A stretch of DNA of 64,000 nt from Candidatus Gallimonas merdigallinarum (GCA_944346365.1 CALVMN010000004.1:3135-67134), one strand, 5' to 3'; positions 6,697 to 16,019 are shown, numbered from the stretch's first letter. Notes: generated by a model not told the origin, from the sequence alone. Translations and numbers: made by a program.

Positions 6697-8748
6697 TTAC
6701 AGTTTTTCGGCGACCTGCCAAGCCTGCCAGATGACGGTGCGCAGGTTGCCGACTTTGTCCGCATCGCCCACGACGTGTACGTGGGCGCGCTTTTTGACGA
6801 GCGGCGCGGGCGTGTAGCCGACGGAGACGATCACGTCGTCTGCGGGGACCGTCGTCTCCGTGCCGTCCTTTTTGCGGATGACCGCGCTGTCGGCGGTGAT
6901 TTTGGAGACGGTGCTTTCCAGATAGACGGGCACTTTCTTGTGCTCGAAGAAGTCTCTTAAATAGGAAGAGTTGGCAAGGCACAGTCCGCGGATCGCCATG
7001 AGGTCGTTTTTCGCCTCGACGATGACGGGTTTTTTGCCTTTGAGGAAGAGGTCATAGGCGATTTCGCAGCCCGTCAGTCCGCCGCCGATGATGACGACGT
7101 TTTCGCCGACTTCCTTTCCGTTGAGATATTCGATGGCTTCCATGCTGCGTTCGATACCGGGCAGGCGGAGTTTTCTTGCCTTCGCGCCCGTCGCGATGAC
7201 GATCTCGTCCGCGTCAAGCTCGCCGAGCGTCTTGATCTCGCAATGATATTCCACGCGAATGGGGAGCGCCGCGATCTGACGGCGGTACCATTCGATCAGC
7301 TCTCTGTCCTTTTCCTTGAACGAGGGCGCAGCCGCCTGAATGAACACGCCGCCGAGGCGGTCAGTCTTTTCGTAAATAGTGACGTGATGCCCGCGGAGCG
7401 CGGCAATGCGTGCGACTTCGATACCGCCGATCCCGCCGCCCACGACGGCGATCTTCTTGCGTTTTTTTGCGGGGAGGATATCGTATTTATGCCCCTGCAT
7501 GGTCTGCGGATTGAGCGCGCAGCGAGCCATATGCTTTGCGTCCGAGAAAGGCTCGTCGTTTGCAACGCCCTTGTAATGCGCCATCGCAAAGCAGGCATTA
7601 TGGCAGCAGATACAGGGCTGAATGTCCTCCGGGCGTCCTTCCATGAGCTTCGTTACCCATGCGCCGTCCGTCAGAAACTGCCGTGCGACGCCCACGGCGT
7701 CGATCCTGCATTCCCTCACTGCTTCCGCGCCGACGTCAGGCTCCATTCGCCCCGCGCACACAACGGGGATATCCACGAACTGCTTGATGTGCGCGACATC
7801 GTCGAGGTTGCAGTTTTTGGGCATATATGCCGGCGGATGCGCCCAATACCACGCGTCGTAGGTACCGTTATCGGCGTTGAGCATATCGTAGCCCGCGTCT
7901 TGCAGGTATTTCGCCGCGCGTTCGCTCTCTCGCATATCGCGCCCGACTTCCTCGTATTCTTCGCCCGGAACCGCGCCTTTGCACAGTCCCTTCGTCTTGC
8001 TGAGGACGGAATAGCGCAGGGAAACGGGATAATCTTCTCCGCACGCCGCCTTGATGGCTTTCACCGTCTCAACGGCGAAGCGGTAGCGGTTTTCAAATGA
8101 GCCGCCGTATTCGTCGGTGCGTTGATTTGTATAGGGGAGGGTGAACTGATCGAGCAGATACCCCTCGTGTACGGCGTGTACTTCCACGCCGTCTACGCCC
8201 GCCTCTTTGCACAGCTTTGCCGTCTCCGCAAAGGCGCGCACCATCTGTTTGATCTCCTTTTTCGTGACGGCGCGGCACTGCACGTCCTCCGCCCAGCGCG
8301 AGGGCAGGGGGGAGGGCGACGCGCAGATATAGGATACGTCGATGACGGGTCTCATGAGCGCGCCGAGCGCTCTGTGTTTCAGGAAGGGGACAAGTGGATT
8401 TGTGATTGCGAAGGAACGCCCGAATCCCGCCGTCAGCTGCACGAACAGCTTGGCGCCCGTCTTGTGGATCTCCTCCATATACGGTTTGAGTTTGCGGAAC
8501 ATCCCCTTATTTTTATACAGCCAGCGTCCGCCCATAAGGTCTCTGAGCGGAGCGATGCCGGGAATGATCAGCCCGACGTTGTTTTTCGCCCGTTCCAGAA
8601 AGAACTCTGCAGCGACTTCATCGAAGTGGTTGCGTTCCATCCAGCCGAACAGCGATGTTCCGCCCATCGGGCAGAGAACGATCCTGTTTTTGATCTCTAC
8701 GTCCCGTATTTTCCAGGGTGTAAAGAGGGGTTCGTATTTTGCGTCCAT
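6697..8748 (-). CDS. Old Yellow Enzyme-family NADH:flavin oxidoreductase fused to an FAD/NAD(P)-binding domain (2-enoate / 2,4-dienoyl-CoA reductase-like)
   Basis: MDAKYEPLFTPWKIRDVEIKNRIVLCPMGG... is an OYE TIM-barrel N-terminus. Also has the Cys cluster CICCHNAC and two GxGxxG dinucleotide folds (VVGGGIGG, IIGGGLTG). AAGGAGG SD before the ATG at 8748. Confidence 0.85.
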   Translation of the reverse strand: MDAKYEPLFTPWKIRDVEIKNRIVLCPMGGTSLFGWMERNHFDEVAAEFFLERAKNNVGLIIPGIAPLRDLMGGRWLYKNKGMFRKLKPYMEEIHKTGAKLFVQLTAGFGRSFAITNPLVPFLKHRALGALMRPVIDVSYICASPSPLPSRWAEDVQCRAVTKKEIKQMVRAFAETAKLCKEAGVDGVEVHAVHEGYLLDQFTLPYTNQRTDEYGGSFENRYRFAVETVKAIKAACGEDYPVSLRYSVLSKTKGLCKGAVPGEEYEEVGRDMRESERAAKYLQDAGYDMLNADNGTYDAWYWAHPPAYMPKNCNLDDVAHIKQFVDIPVVCAGRMEPDVGAEAVRECRIDAVGVARQFLTDGAWVTKLMEGRPEDIQPCICCHNACFAMAHYKGVANDEPFSDAKHMARCALNPQTMQGHKYDILPAKKRKKIAVVGGGIGGIEVARIAALRGHHVTIYEKTDRLGGVFIQAAAPSFKEKDRELIEWYRRQIAALPIRVEYHCEIKTLGELDADEIVIATGAKARKLRLPGIERSMEAIEYLNGKEVGENVVIIGGGLTGCEIAYDLFLKGKKPVIVEAKNDLMAIRGLCLANSSYLRDFFEHKKVPVYLESTVSKITADSAVIRKKDGTETTVPADDVIVSVGYTPAPLVKKRAHVHVVGDADKVGNLRTVIWQAWQVAEKL

Positions 8749-8774
8749 AAAAGTCCTCCTTATCGTCTGCATTC

Positions 8775-8803
8775 ATTGTAACACTGCGCGAGGCGGAAGT
8801 CAA
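8775..8803 (-). promoter_or_regulatory. Promoter of the flavoenzyme gene
   Basis: Minus strand: TTGACT (8803-8798), 17 nt, TACAAT (8780-8775). Confidence 0.55.
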
Positions 8804-8999
8804 GAGGGGTTCATTCATTTCTTTCCATCATGAACTCCCCGCCGCAGGTAAGCCTTGCGCGTTCTGCCGATATGCGCAGATGCGCACCAAAGGCACACAC
8901 TGTTTTAAAGAAAACTAAAATATTTAAATATAACAAATATAAAATCCGAAAAAAAAGTCACTATTTTGCAAAAAAATCTATTTTTCAGCAATTAAATGC

Positions 9000-9031
9000 T
9001 TGCTTTTTCTAAAAGAATAGTATATACTATT
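9000..9031 (+). promoter_or_regulatory. Candidate promoter with overlapping 16-bp perfect palindrome upstream of alpha-galactosidase
   Basis: TTGCTT (9000-9005), 17 nt, TATACT (9023-9028). The palindrome AATAGTATATACTATT (9016-9031) covers the -10. Confidence 0.45.
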
Positions 9032-9200
9032 ATCCGACAGCAGGGGACAACTGCTTCCCTTAATCGACGCGGTTCGCGTTTGATGAGGTTATCCTGCTCA
9101 TATCTTCATTCCCCCAATATAGTTTTGGCAAAAAGGCGGTGAATTCATCGTCTTTTTGTCGCATTTAAAAAATGGCGGCGGATCCGCATAAGGAGAATTT

Positions 9201-11390
9201 ATGAAACTCATTTCTTATGACGAAGGGAAGAGGCTTTTCGTCCTCGATAACGGCACGTTCGCGTATACGATTTACGTGAACGATGCGGGGTATCTTGAAA
9301 CGGTGTATTTCGGTGCGTCGCGCGCCGAGTACGGCGATATCGACTGCGTGAGAGGCGCGTGGGAATCCGCTTCTCCGCACTACGACGTGGCGCGCGGAGT
9401 CGAGCTCGGGTACGCGGACAAGTTCAAGTCGGACGCCGCGCCGCTTGAAATTTCGCCCCACGGGGTATGGGATAAGCGCGGCGCGCCCGTGATCCTGCGC
9501 GGCGCGGACGGCGCGTTCGAGACAGATTTCCGCTACGAAAGTTACAGGATCTATGCGGGGCTGCCCGCAATGGAAGGGTTGCCGCACGCGCACGGGGAAG
9601 GAGCGGAGACGCTCGAACTCACGCTGCGCGACTGCGCGCACGATGCGCTCCTGCGGCTCAACCTTTCGCTGTTTGCCGATAAGAACGTGCTCGTGAAAAA
9701 CGTCGAGATCGAGAACGTCGGCAAAGAGCCGCTGCGGGTGCTGCGCGTTATGTCGCTCCAACTCGATCTGCCTTCCGCCGATTACGACCTCGTCCACTTC
9801 TGCGGGCGTTGGGGAAAGGAGCGCGATTGGTGCGAAAACCCCGTACACGACGGCGTGCAGGAGATTTCCAGCAATTTCGGGCGGTCGTCCGCAGACGAAA
9901 ATCCCTTCGTATTTTTGAAGGCGCGCGGCGCGGACGAGGCTCAGGGAGAGGCGATCGGCTTCAATCTGATATACAGCGGAAACTTCAAGTTCCGCGCCTT
10001 CGTCGGAATGTACCGCGCGATACACGTCACTTACGGGATCAACGACGAGGATTTTGAATGGCTGCTTGCCGCGGGCGAGCGGTTCACCGCGCCGCAGGCG
10101 GTCATTGCCTACTCGGACGAGGGCATCGACGCGATGAGCGCTGCGCTTCATCGATTTGTGCATGAAAATCTGAATACGTATCAGGGACTCGGCGTGCGCC
10201 GTCCCGTGCTCTTCAACTCGTGGGAGGGGTGCTATTTCGACTTCGATACCGCGCGCATACTCGCGTATATCGACGCGTCGCGCAGGCTTGGCACGGAGCT
10301 GTTCGTTCTGGACGACGGCTGGTTCGGCGCGCGGTCGGACGACAGCCGCGGGCTGGGCGACTGGCGGGTCAATAAGGAGAAGGTCGATCTGCATAAGATC
10401 ATGGCGCACTGCAAAGCGCTGGGAATGAAGTTCGGCATCTGGTTCGAGCCTGAAATGGTCAATCCTGACAGCGACCTCTTCCGCGCGCACCCCGAATACA
10501 CGCTCGGCTGGAAGGAGGGGCGCACAGAGCTTTCGCTCTCGCGGCATCAGTTCCATCTCGATTTTGCCTGCGACGCGGTCGTGGAGAACATTTACGCGCA
10601 GATGAAAGCCTTCCTCGAAGAGTATCACGTCGACTATATCAAGTGGGACTACAACAGAACCGTGGCGGAGCACTTTTCCGGCGCGCTCCCGCCCGAGCGG
10701 CAGGGGGAGGTGTATCACCGCCTCGTCTTGGGTTATTACCGCCTGATCGGAAGGCTCACGGCGGAATATCCCCATATCATGTTCGAGGGCTGCGCTTCGG
10801 GCGGCGGTCGGTTCGATTTGGGAACGCTGTATTACTGCCCGCAGATCTGGTGCTCGGACGAGTCCGATCCCGCACAGCGTATGGATATTCAGTTCAATAC
10901 CTCGTACGGCTATCCGCTCTCCGCGATCGCCTCGCACGTCAACGACAGCAAGGTCGCGCCCTATCGTACGAAAGCGGCGCTCGCGCTCTTCGGCACGTAC
11001 GGCTACGAGATGAACCCCGAACTTCTCACGGAAGAGGAGATCGCCGATCTTGCCGAAACGGCGGAGCTGTATAAAAAGTATCATCAGAAGGTGATCGCGG
11101 AGGGAACGCTCTACCGTCTCCGCGCGCCGCATAAGTGCAATTATATGTGTATGCAGAGCGTCTCACGAGATAAGACCGCGTCGCTCGTGCTGTTCATGAA
11201 CAAGCTCAAAGAGGGAGACAGGTTCCGTTTCGTGCGCCTGCGCGGGCTGGACGCGGAAAAACGCTATCATAACGACTTCGACGGGCAGGTTCATACGGGC
11301 GAATACTATATGCGCGTCGGACTGAATTTCTCGCGCGAGTGGCTCCAAGAGTTCGACTGCCGCCTCGTGCTCCTCACGGAAGCGAAGTAA
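9201..11390 (+). CDS. GH36 alpha-galactosidase
   Basis: 729 aa with motifs FVLDDGWF, KWDYNR and CASGGGRFD typical of GH36 AgaA/MelA-type enzymes. AAGGAG SD. Confidence 0.9.
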   Translation: MKLISYDEGKRLFVLDNGTFAYTIYVNDAGYLETVYFGASRAEYGDIDCVRGAWESASPHYDVARGVELGYADKFKSDAAPLEISPHGVWDKRGAPVILRGADGAFETDFRYESYRIYAGLPAMEGLPHAHGEGAETLELTLRDCAHDALLRLNLSLFADKNVLVKNVEIENVGKEPLRVLRVMSLQLDLPSADYDLVHFCGRWGKERDWCENPVHDGVQEISSNFGRSSADENPFVFLKARGADEAQGEAIGFNLIYSGNFKFRAFVGMYRAIHVTYGINDEDFEWLLAAGERFTAPQAVIAYSDEGIDAMSAALHRFVHENLNTYQGLGVRRPVLFNSWEGCYFDFDTARILAYIDASRRLGTELFVLDDGWFGARSDDSRGLGDWRVNKEKVDLHKIMAHCKALGMKFGIWFEPEMVNPDSDLFRAHPEYTLGWKEGRTELSLSRHQFHLDFACDAVVENIYAQMKAFLEEYHVDYIKWDYNRTVAEHFSGALPPERQGEVYHRLVLGYYRLIGRLTAEYPHIMFEGCASGGGRFDLGTLYYCPQIWCSDESDPAQRMDIQFNTSYGYPLSAIASHVNDSKVAPYRTKAALALFGTYGYEMNPELLTEEEIADLAETAELYKKYHQKVIAEGTLYRLRAPHKCNYMCMQSVSRDKTASLVLFMNKLKEGDRFRFVRLRGLDAEKRYHNDFDGQVHTGEYYMRVGLNFSREWLQEFDCRLVLLTEAK

Positions 11391-11433
11391 AGCAGCATGG
11401 TGCGGCAAAAATAAAAACGATATCCGTTTTTTC

Positions 11434-11462
11434 TTGCATTTTTCCTGTGGGCGTGGTATCAT
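11434..11462 (+). promoter_or_regulatory. Promoter of the MFS transporter gene
   Basis: TTGCAT (11434-11439), 17 nt, TGg-TATCAT (-10 at 11457-11462). Confidence 0.5.
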
Positions 11463-11490
11463 ATCTTGACTTTTTTCGGAGCGCGTCTTT

Positions 11491-12675
11491 ATGGTTTCAC
11501 TCCTGCTTGCCGTAATTTACCTTGCCTTTATTTCGCTCGGACTTCCCGATTCCCTGCTTGGGTCGGCTTGGCCCGTAATGCACGTCGAACTCGGCGCGCC
11601 GCTCTCGGCGATGGGGGCGGTGACGATGATCATCTCCGCGGGTACGATCGTATCCAGCCTTGCGTCCAACTTCCTCACCCGAAAGCTCGGAACGGGCGTC
11701 GTCACCGTCGTCAGCGTGCTGCTGACGGCGGGCGCGATGATCGGCTTTTCCTTTGCGAACGCCTTCTGGATTCTGTGCGTGCTCGCCGTGCCGTACGGGT
11801 TGGGCGCGGGCGGCGTGGACGCTGCGCTCAACAACTACGTCGCGCTGCACTATAAATCCCGCCACATGAGCTGGCTGCACTGCTTCTGGGGCGTCGGCGC
11901 GATCATCAGTCCGTTCATCGTGGGCGCGTGCCTCACGGGGGCGTCGGGCTGGGCGGGCGGATACCGCATCGTCTCCTATATTCAATTCGCGCTCGTGGCT
12001 GTGCTCTTTTTCAGCCTGCCTCTCTGGAAGAAACGCCCCGCGCAGGAGATTGCCGCAAAGTCGCTCACGCTCCCGCAGACGGTGAAACTCAAAGGCGTTG
12101 CGTTCGTCCTCATCGCGTTTTTTGCCTATTGTGCGCTCGAATCGACGGCAATGAATTGGGCGAGCAGCTATCTCACCGAACACTACGGCGTGAGCGCGGA
12201 TCTTGCCGCGACCTTCGGTTCGCTGTTCTTCTGGGGGATCACGGCGGGGCGGTTTTTAAGCGGATTCGTCTCCGAAAAGCTGGGCGACAGAAAGCTCATC
12301 CGCATCGGCGCAGGCATCATCGTCGTCGGCATCGTGCTCATCGCGATCCCCGTAAAAACGGAGATATGCGCGCTGATCGGGTTCGTCGTCGTGGGGCTGG
12401 GCTGCGCGCCCGTCTATCCCTCGATCATTCACGCAACGCCTGCCAACTTCGGGCAGGAGCATTCGCAGGCGGTCATCGGCGTGGAGATGGCGAGCGCGTA
12501 CGTCGGAACGACCTTCATGCCGCCGCTCTTCGGACTGATCGCCCAATATGCGGACATCGGCTTTCTGCCGCTCTTTCTCGCGATCTTCCTCGTGCTGCTG
12601 TTCTGCATGACCGAACTTTTGAACCGCACGGTCAAGCCCGTTCCCGTTCCGCCTGCGGAAGGGGAGGAGAAGTAA
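11491..12675 (+). CDS. MFS transporter
   Basis: 394 aa, about 12 hydrophobic segments, N-terminus LAFISLGLPDSLLGSAWPVM typical of the MFS_1 type. Confidence 0.85.
   Translation: MVSLLLAVIYLAFISLGLPDSLLGSAWPVMHVELGAPLSAMGAVTMIISAGTIVSSLASNFLTRKLGTGVVTVVSVLLTAGAMIGFSFANAFWILCVLAVPYGLGAGGVDAALNNYVALHYKSRHMSWLHCFWGVGAIISPFIVGACLTGASGWAGGYRIVSYIQFALVAVLFFSLPLWKKRPAQEIAAKSLTLPQTVKLKGVAFVLIAFFAYCALESTAMNWASSYLTEHYGVSADLAATFGSLFFWGITAGRFLSGFVSEKLGDRKLIRIGAGIIVVGIVLIAIPVKTEICALIGFVVVGLGCAPVYPSIIHATPANFGQEHSQAVIGVEMASAYVGTTFMPPLFGLIAQYADIGFLPLFLAIFLVLLFCMTELLNRTVKPVPVPPAEGEEK
12635..12675 (+). repeat. Direct repeat copy A (3' end of the MFS gene)
   Basis: AGCCCGTTCCCGTTCCGCCTGCGGAAGGGGAGGAGAAGTAA. 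Compare copy B at 13913-13965. Confidence 0.8.
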
Positions 12676-12694
12676 CGGATTTTTGAAACGTTTT

Positions 12695-12725
12695 GCGCCC
12701 CGAAAGCCTCTGGCTTTCGGGGCGC
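12695..12725. other. Strong GC hairpin between the MFS and lipoprotein genes (terminator-like, no clear U-tail)
   Basis: GCGCCCCGAAAGCC-TCTG-GCTTTCGGGGCGC. Confidence 0.45.
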
Positions 12726-12758
12726 AGGTTCATGCAAATGCTTTGCGTGCGGGATTGG

Positions 12759-13742
12759 TTATTCCGTCACATTGTCTTCCGCGGCGGGCGGGTCGACGTG
12801 TCCTTCGTTCGGGTTGGTCGGATCGCTTTCCGATCCGCCCGAAGGGGTGGAGGCGTCCTCATAATCCGCGGGCGGGATAACTTCCGTCGTGCCGTAATCG
12901 GAGAAGGTGCATTTAATCGCCTGTTCAAACTCCGCATCGGTTCCTTCAAACATCATCAATTTTCCGTTTTGGAAGGAAATTCTTGTTTCCATTCCGTTCT
13001 TGTTGACGTATGTATTCGTCGCGGCGTCAAACTCAAAATCACTGAATTTACTGATCAGGACGCTTAGCTTGATCACGAAATTCTGCGCTATCGTTTCGAA
13101 AGCGGCTTCTGCGCTTTCAAATGCCGATGAGGGTGCTTTGTACCATTTTCCGTCCGATCCTTGGGTGAACTGATATTCCGTATCGTTTTCATAAACCAAG
13201 TATGCGGTCTCGCCGCGATTTTCTCCAAAGATCGCCTTATGCGCCCAATCGAATTTGAATGCCGCCATCTGTTGATATTCCGTTGACTCGCTGTCTTTGT
13301 AAGAGACTATCATGGTCATGTTTTCGGGCGACAGAATTTCTTCGATCGCTGTGTTCCACTCTTCCGGCGTTACGGTGTAGGTGAGCGGCTGTGCCACGGT
13401 GACGGTGCAGGTCGCGCTCTTTTCGCCCGCTTTTGCCGTAATCGTCGCGCTGCCCGCCGCCACCGCCTTTACCGTGCCGTCGTTCACCGTGGCGATCGCT
13501 GCGTCGCTCGTCGTCCACGTAACGGTTTTGTCCGTCGCGTTGTTGGGCGTGACCGTTGCCGTGAGCGTCTCTTCGTCGCCGATGTCAAGCGTGAGCGTCG
13601 TCTTGCTGAGCGTTACGTTTTCCACGGAGACGGGGTCGGTTGTAGTGGTCGTTTGCGATCCGTCGTCGCAGGCGGCAAGCCCGAGCGCGCACGTCAGCAC
13701 GCAAAGGAGCGTCGCGAACGTTGCAAGTAAGCCTTTTTTCAT
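12759..13742 (-). CDS. Lipoprotein with Big_2 (bacterial Ig-like) domain
   Basis: Signal peptide plus lipobox MKKGLLATFATLLCVLTCALGLAAC. VTLSKTTLTLDIGDEETLTATVTPNNATDKTVTWTTSDAAIATV...ATITAKAG is a Big_2 signature. GGAGGG SD. Confidence 0.8.
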   Translation of the reverse strand: MKKGLLATFATLLCVLTCALGLAACDDGSQTTTTTDPVSVENVTLSKTTLTLDIGDEETLTATVTPNNATDKTVTWTTSDAAIATVNDGTVKAVAAGSATITAKAGEKSATCTVTVAQPLTYTVTPEEWNTAIEEILSPENMTMIVSYKDSESTEYQQMAAFKFDWAHKAIFGENRGETAYLVYENDTEYQFTQGSDGKWYKAPSSAFESAEAAFETIAQNFVIKLSVLISKFSDFEFDAATNTYVNKNGMETRISFQNGKLMMFEGTDAEFEQAIKCTFSDYGTTEVIPPADYEDASTPSGGSESDPTNPNEGHVDPPAAEDNVTE

Positions 13743-13837
13743 AGTTCCCTCCTTGCGGCGTTACGGGAAATGTGTAACGGTTCCTGTAACGCCAAAAATA
13801 AGATTTTCAGGCAAATTTTTACACTTTTCCCTTTTTT

Positions 13838-13867
13838 ATTATACAATATTTAGCAAAACCATGTCAA
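13838..13867 (-). promoter_or_regulatory. Consensus promoter of the lipoprotein gene
   Basis: Minus strand: TTGACA (13867-13862), 18 nt, TATAAT (13843-13838). The ~95-nt leader has a GGCGTTAC...GTAACGCC hairpin. Confidence 0.55.
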
Positions 13868-13912
13868 GTAGGCGGGTGAAAAAAGTACGTGCCTTTTATA
13901 ATTTTTTGAGCG

Positions 13913-13965
13913 AGCCCGTTCCCGCGCCGCTTGCGGAAGGGGAAGAGAAAGGGGAGGAGAAGTAA
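13913..13965 (+). repeat. Direct repeat copy B (orphan relic of an MFS-type 3' end)
   Basis: AGCCCGTTCCCGCGCCGCTTGCGGAAGGGGAAGAGAAAGGGGAGGAGAAGTAA. It translates as ...EPVPAPLAEGEEKGEEK*, compared with ...KPVPVPPAEGEEK* at the true MFS end. Confidence 0.75.
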
Positions 13966-14003
13966 TCGCCCGCCGCGTTGAAATATAGCCGCGTAAAACA
14001 ACG

Positions 14004-14033
14004 GCCCCGCCGTACAGGCGGGGCGTTTTGTTT
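14004..14033. terminator. Bidirectional Rho-independent terminator
   Basis: GCCCCGCC-GTACA-GGCGGGGC flanked by an A-rich 5' side and TTTTGTTTG on the 3' side. Confidence 0.8.
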
Positions 14034-14036
14034 GAT

Positions 14037-14669
14037 TTATCCGATCGCAAATACGGCGTTGACTTCGTCCGTAAGCACGACGTCCTCCGGTTCGAGTTCC
14101 GCGCCGCTGTCCGCGCGGAATGCCGCCGCGCGCACGACGGGCATACCATGTCCGCCGTTCTGTATGGAGAGAACGTCTCCGAGTTTCACGCCTGCCGCCT
14201 TCGCGATCGCCTTGGCGCGCGCCTTTGCGTCCTTGACGGCGCGCGCGAGCAGTTCGCCGCGCAGGGCTTCCCGATCGCTCAGAAGGTACTCCGTCGCGAT
14301 CTCGGGCGCGGCGCCGCTCCCCGCGAGAGCGTCGAGGATTCTGCCCGTCAGCTCCGCGTCTGCGCTGAATTCCGCTCTGATGCGCCGCACGGCGGCGTAG
14401 CCCGCAAATTTCCGCGTTCTTGCGCCGTTTTCGTCTGCCGACGTCTCATATCTGGGCTGCGTGCGCAGCGAGAGCGCGTGGATATGCTTTTCACCTACGC
14501 CCGCCGCAATGAGCGCGTCCGTTACGGCGGCGCAGCATTGCTCCGTCGCGCGGACTGCTGCGGCGTAATCTGCGTCCGTCCGCTCGACGGTGAGCGTCAG
14601 GCGCACCATGTCGGGCTTTGCGTGCAGTTCGCCGTATCCCGTTACGTTGATCGTCCTTTCATTTGCCAT
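14037..14669 (-). CDS. SIMPL (DUF541) domain protein
   Basis: MANERTINVTGYGELHAKPDMVRLTLTV...AKARAKAIAKAAGVKLGDVLSI is the pattern of the SIMPL/26-kDa periplasmic immunogenic protein family. AAGGAG SD 7 nt before the ATG at 14669. Confidence 0.8.
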   Translation of the reverse strand: MANERTINVTGYGELHAKPDMVRLTLTVERTDADYAAAVRATEQCCAAVTDALIAAGVGEKHIHALSLRTQPRYETSADENGARTRKFAGYAAVRRIRAEFSADAELTGRILDALAGSGAAPEIATEYLLSDREALRGELLARAVKDAKARAKAIAKAAGVKLGDVLSIQNGGHGMPVVRAAAFRADSGAELEPEDVVLTDEVNAVFAIG

Positions 14670-15828
14670 ATACATTCTCCTTCTGGTTGGATTTTTTATA
14701 CTGCATGGGGATGAACACCATGCCGTCGCGGCGGGTTTCGCCGTCCGTTGCCTTAAATCCGAGCCTTGCGTATGCGAGTGCGCCGGAAGGGGAGGCGTGT
14801 ACGGTCACTTCGTCCGCGCCCTCGTTGGCGAGATACCACCGCATGAGCCTGCCGCCGTATCCGCGCCGCTGTTCTCCGTTCTTTGTGAAAAACGCCGCAA
14901 TGTGCGTGCCGTCCTTTTTTGCGATGAGAGCGGCTTTAAGCATCCCGCCTGCGAACACGCCGTAAAATTCATACTCTTCAGAGAGCGAAACGTCGTACAG
15001 AAATCTGCGGAAATTCTCCACGCCCTCCGCGTCAAAGGCGGGCGCGACGAAGCGCGAAAAACTTTCCCAAATGAGTTCCCGCGCTGCGGGAATATCGTCT
15101 GCTGTCAGCTGATGGATATTGATGTTCCGCCTGCGCACGGCGTACCCCGCAAGGATAAGCGCGAGCACAATGAGGAGGACCGCTGCGGCAAGGAGCGCCG
15201 CATAGCCGCCCAGCGCGCGCGAGGCGAAGTATCCTGCGACGACACCCGCCAGAAAAGAAAGAATTGCAGCAAAATATTTGCAGGCGGTCCGCCACGCGTC
15301 CCTGTCCTTTTCGACTGCGCCGTGGAACACATGCTCGGTTGCCGCGCGCAGGTTGCCCGTACAGAACGCCGTGGCGAAGGGATTCCCTTCCAGACGGCGG
15401 AAATTGTCGAACTGTATGGCGGCGACAAACGAGACAAGTGCGTTGACCAGTATATTCGGAACGCCCGCGGGGAGAAATCCGACTGTGACGAGGACGCAGA
15501 TCTCTGAAATGAGCACAATGCCGTGTCCGCGGAAGTCGCTCCGTGTCTTTCTGCCGAGGCGGAGAAACATTTCGCTCAGAAAAACGCCTGCAAAAAAGAA
15601 GAGCACGGGCACGAGGTAGCGGAGCGCGGCAAGACCGTTCCCGCCCGCAAGTCCGATGGCGAGCAGAATGAGGTTTCCCGTCTGCGCGTTGGCAAACACG
15701 CCGCCGCGCGTCACATAGGTGTATGCGTCGAGAAAGCCGCCCGTCAGGCAGAGGAGAATCCCGATTTCCAGCCACTCATAGACGGGAAACGCCGCAAATT
15801 TTTTCCGGAAGTATTGCATGGATAACAT
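14659..15828 (-). CDS. YoaK (DUF1275) membrane domain fused to a GNAT N-acetyltransferase domain
   Basis: N-terminal part GGFLDAYTYVTRGGVFANAQTGNLILL is the YoaK signature. C-terminal part QRRGYGGRLMRWYL...ARLGFK is a GNAT acetyl-CoA motif. Start uncertain (15828 or 15819). The stop overlaps the SIMPL start by 11 nt. Confidence 0.7.
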   Translation of the reverse strand: MLSMQYFRKKFAAFPVYEWLEIGILLCLTGGFLDAYTYVTRGGVFANAQTGNLILLAIGLAGGNGLAALRYLVPVLFFFAGVFLSEMFLRLGRKTRSDFRGHGIVLISEICVLVTVGFLPAGVPNILVNALVSFVAAIQFDNFRRLEGNPFATAFCTGNLRAATEHVFHGAVEKDRDAWRTACKYFAAILSFLAGVVAGYFASRALGGYAALLAAAVLLIVLALILAGYAVRRRNINIHQLTADDIPAARELIWESFSRFVAPAFDAEGVENFRRFLYDVSLSEEYEFYGVFAGGMLKAALIAKKDGTHIAAFFTKNGEQRRGYGGRLMRWYLANEGADEVTVHASPSGALAYARLGFKATDGETRRDGMVFIPMQYKKSNQKENVYGK

Positions 15829-16019
15829 TGTACTGCCTGCGCCGCCGTTTGTCAAGTCTATCACAAGGAAAGTTTTCTGCGCCGCATTCTTCACTTTATA
15901 TTATATAGTATATTTTGTACCCGATGGGGCAAGAAATACAAAATGGCGGGGGCGGCGCAAAAACCTGCAAAAAAACCCGAAAAAATCTCGTTTTTTCCCG
16001 AAAAAGACCGTTCATTCGT

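Noticed and set aside
9165-11132. 655-aa minus-strand ORF
   Set aside because: It is fully antisense to the clearly recognisable GH36 alpha-galactosidase gene. Its Arg/His/Val-rich composition is typical of the shadow frame of GC-rich coding DNA, and there is no SD.
13381-13965. 194-aa plus-strand ORF
   Set aside because: Most of it is antisense to the Big_2 lipoprotein gene. Only its last ~17 codons are meaningful, as a relic of an MFS-type C-terminus (reported as a repeat).
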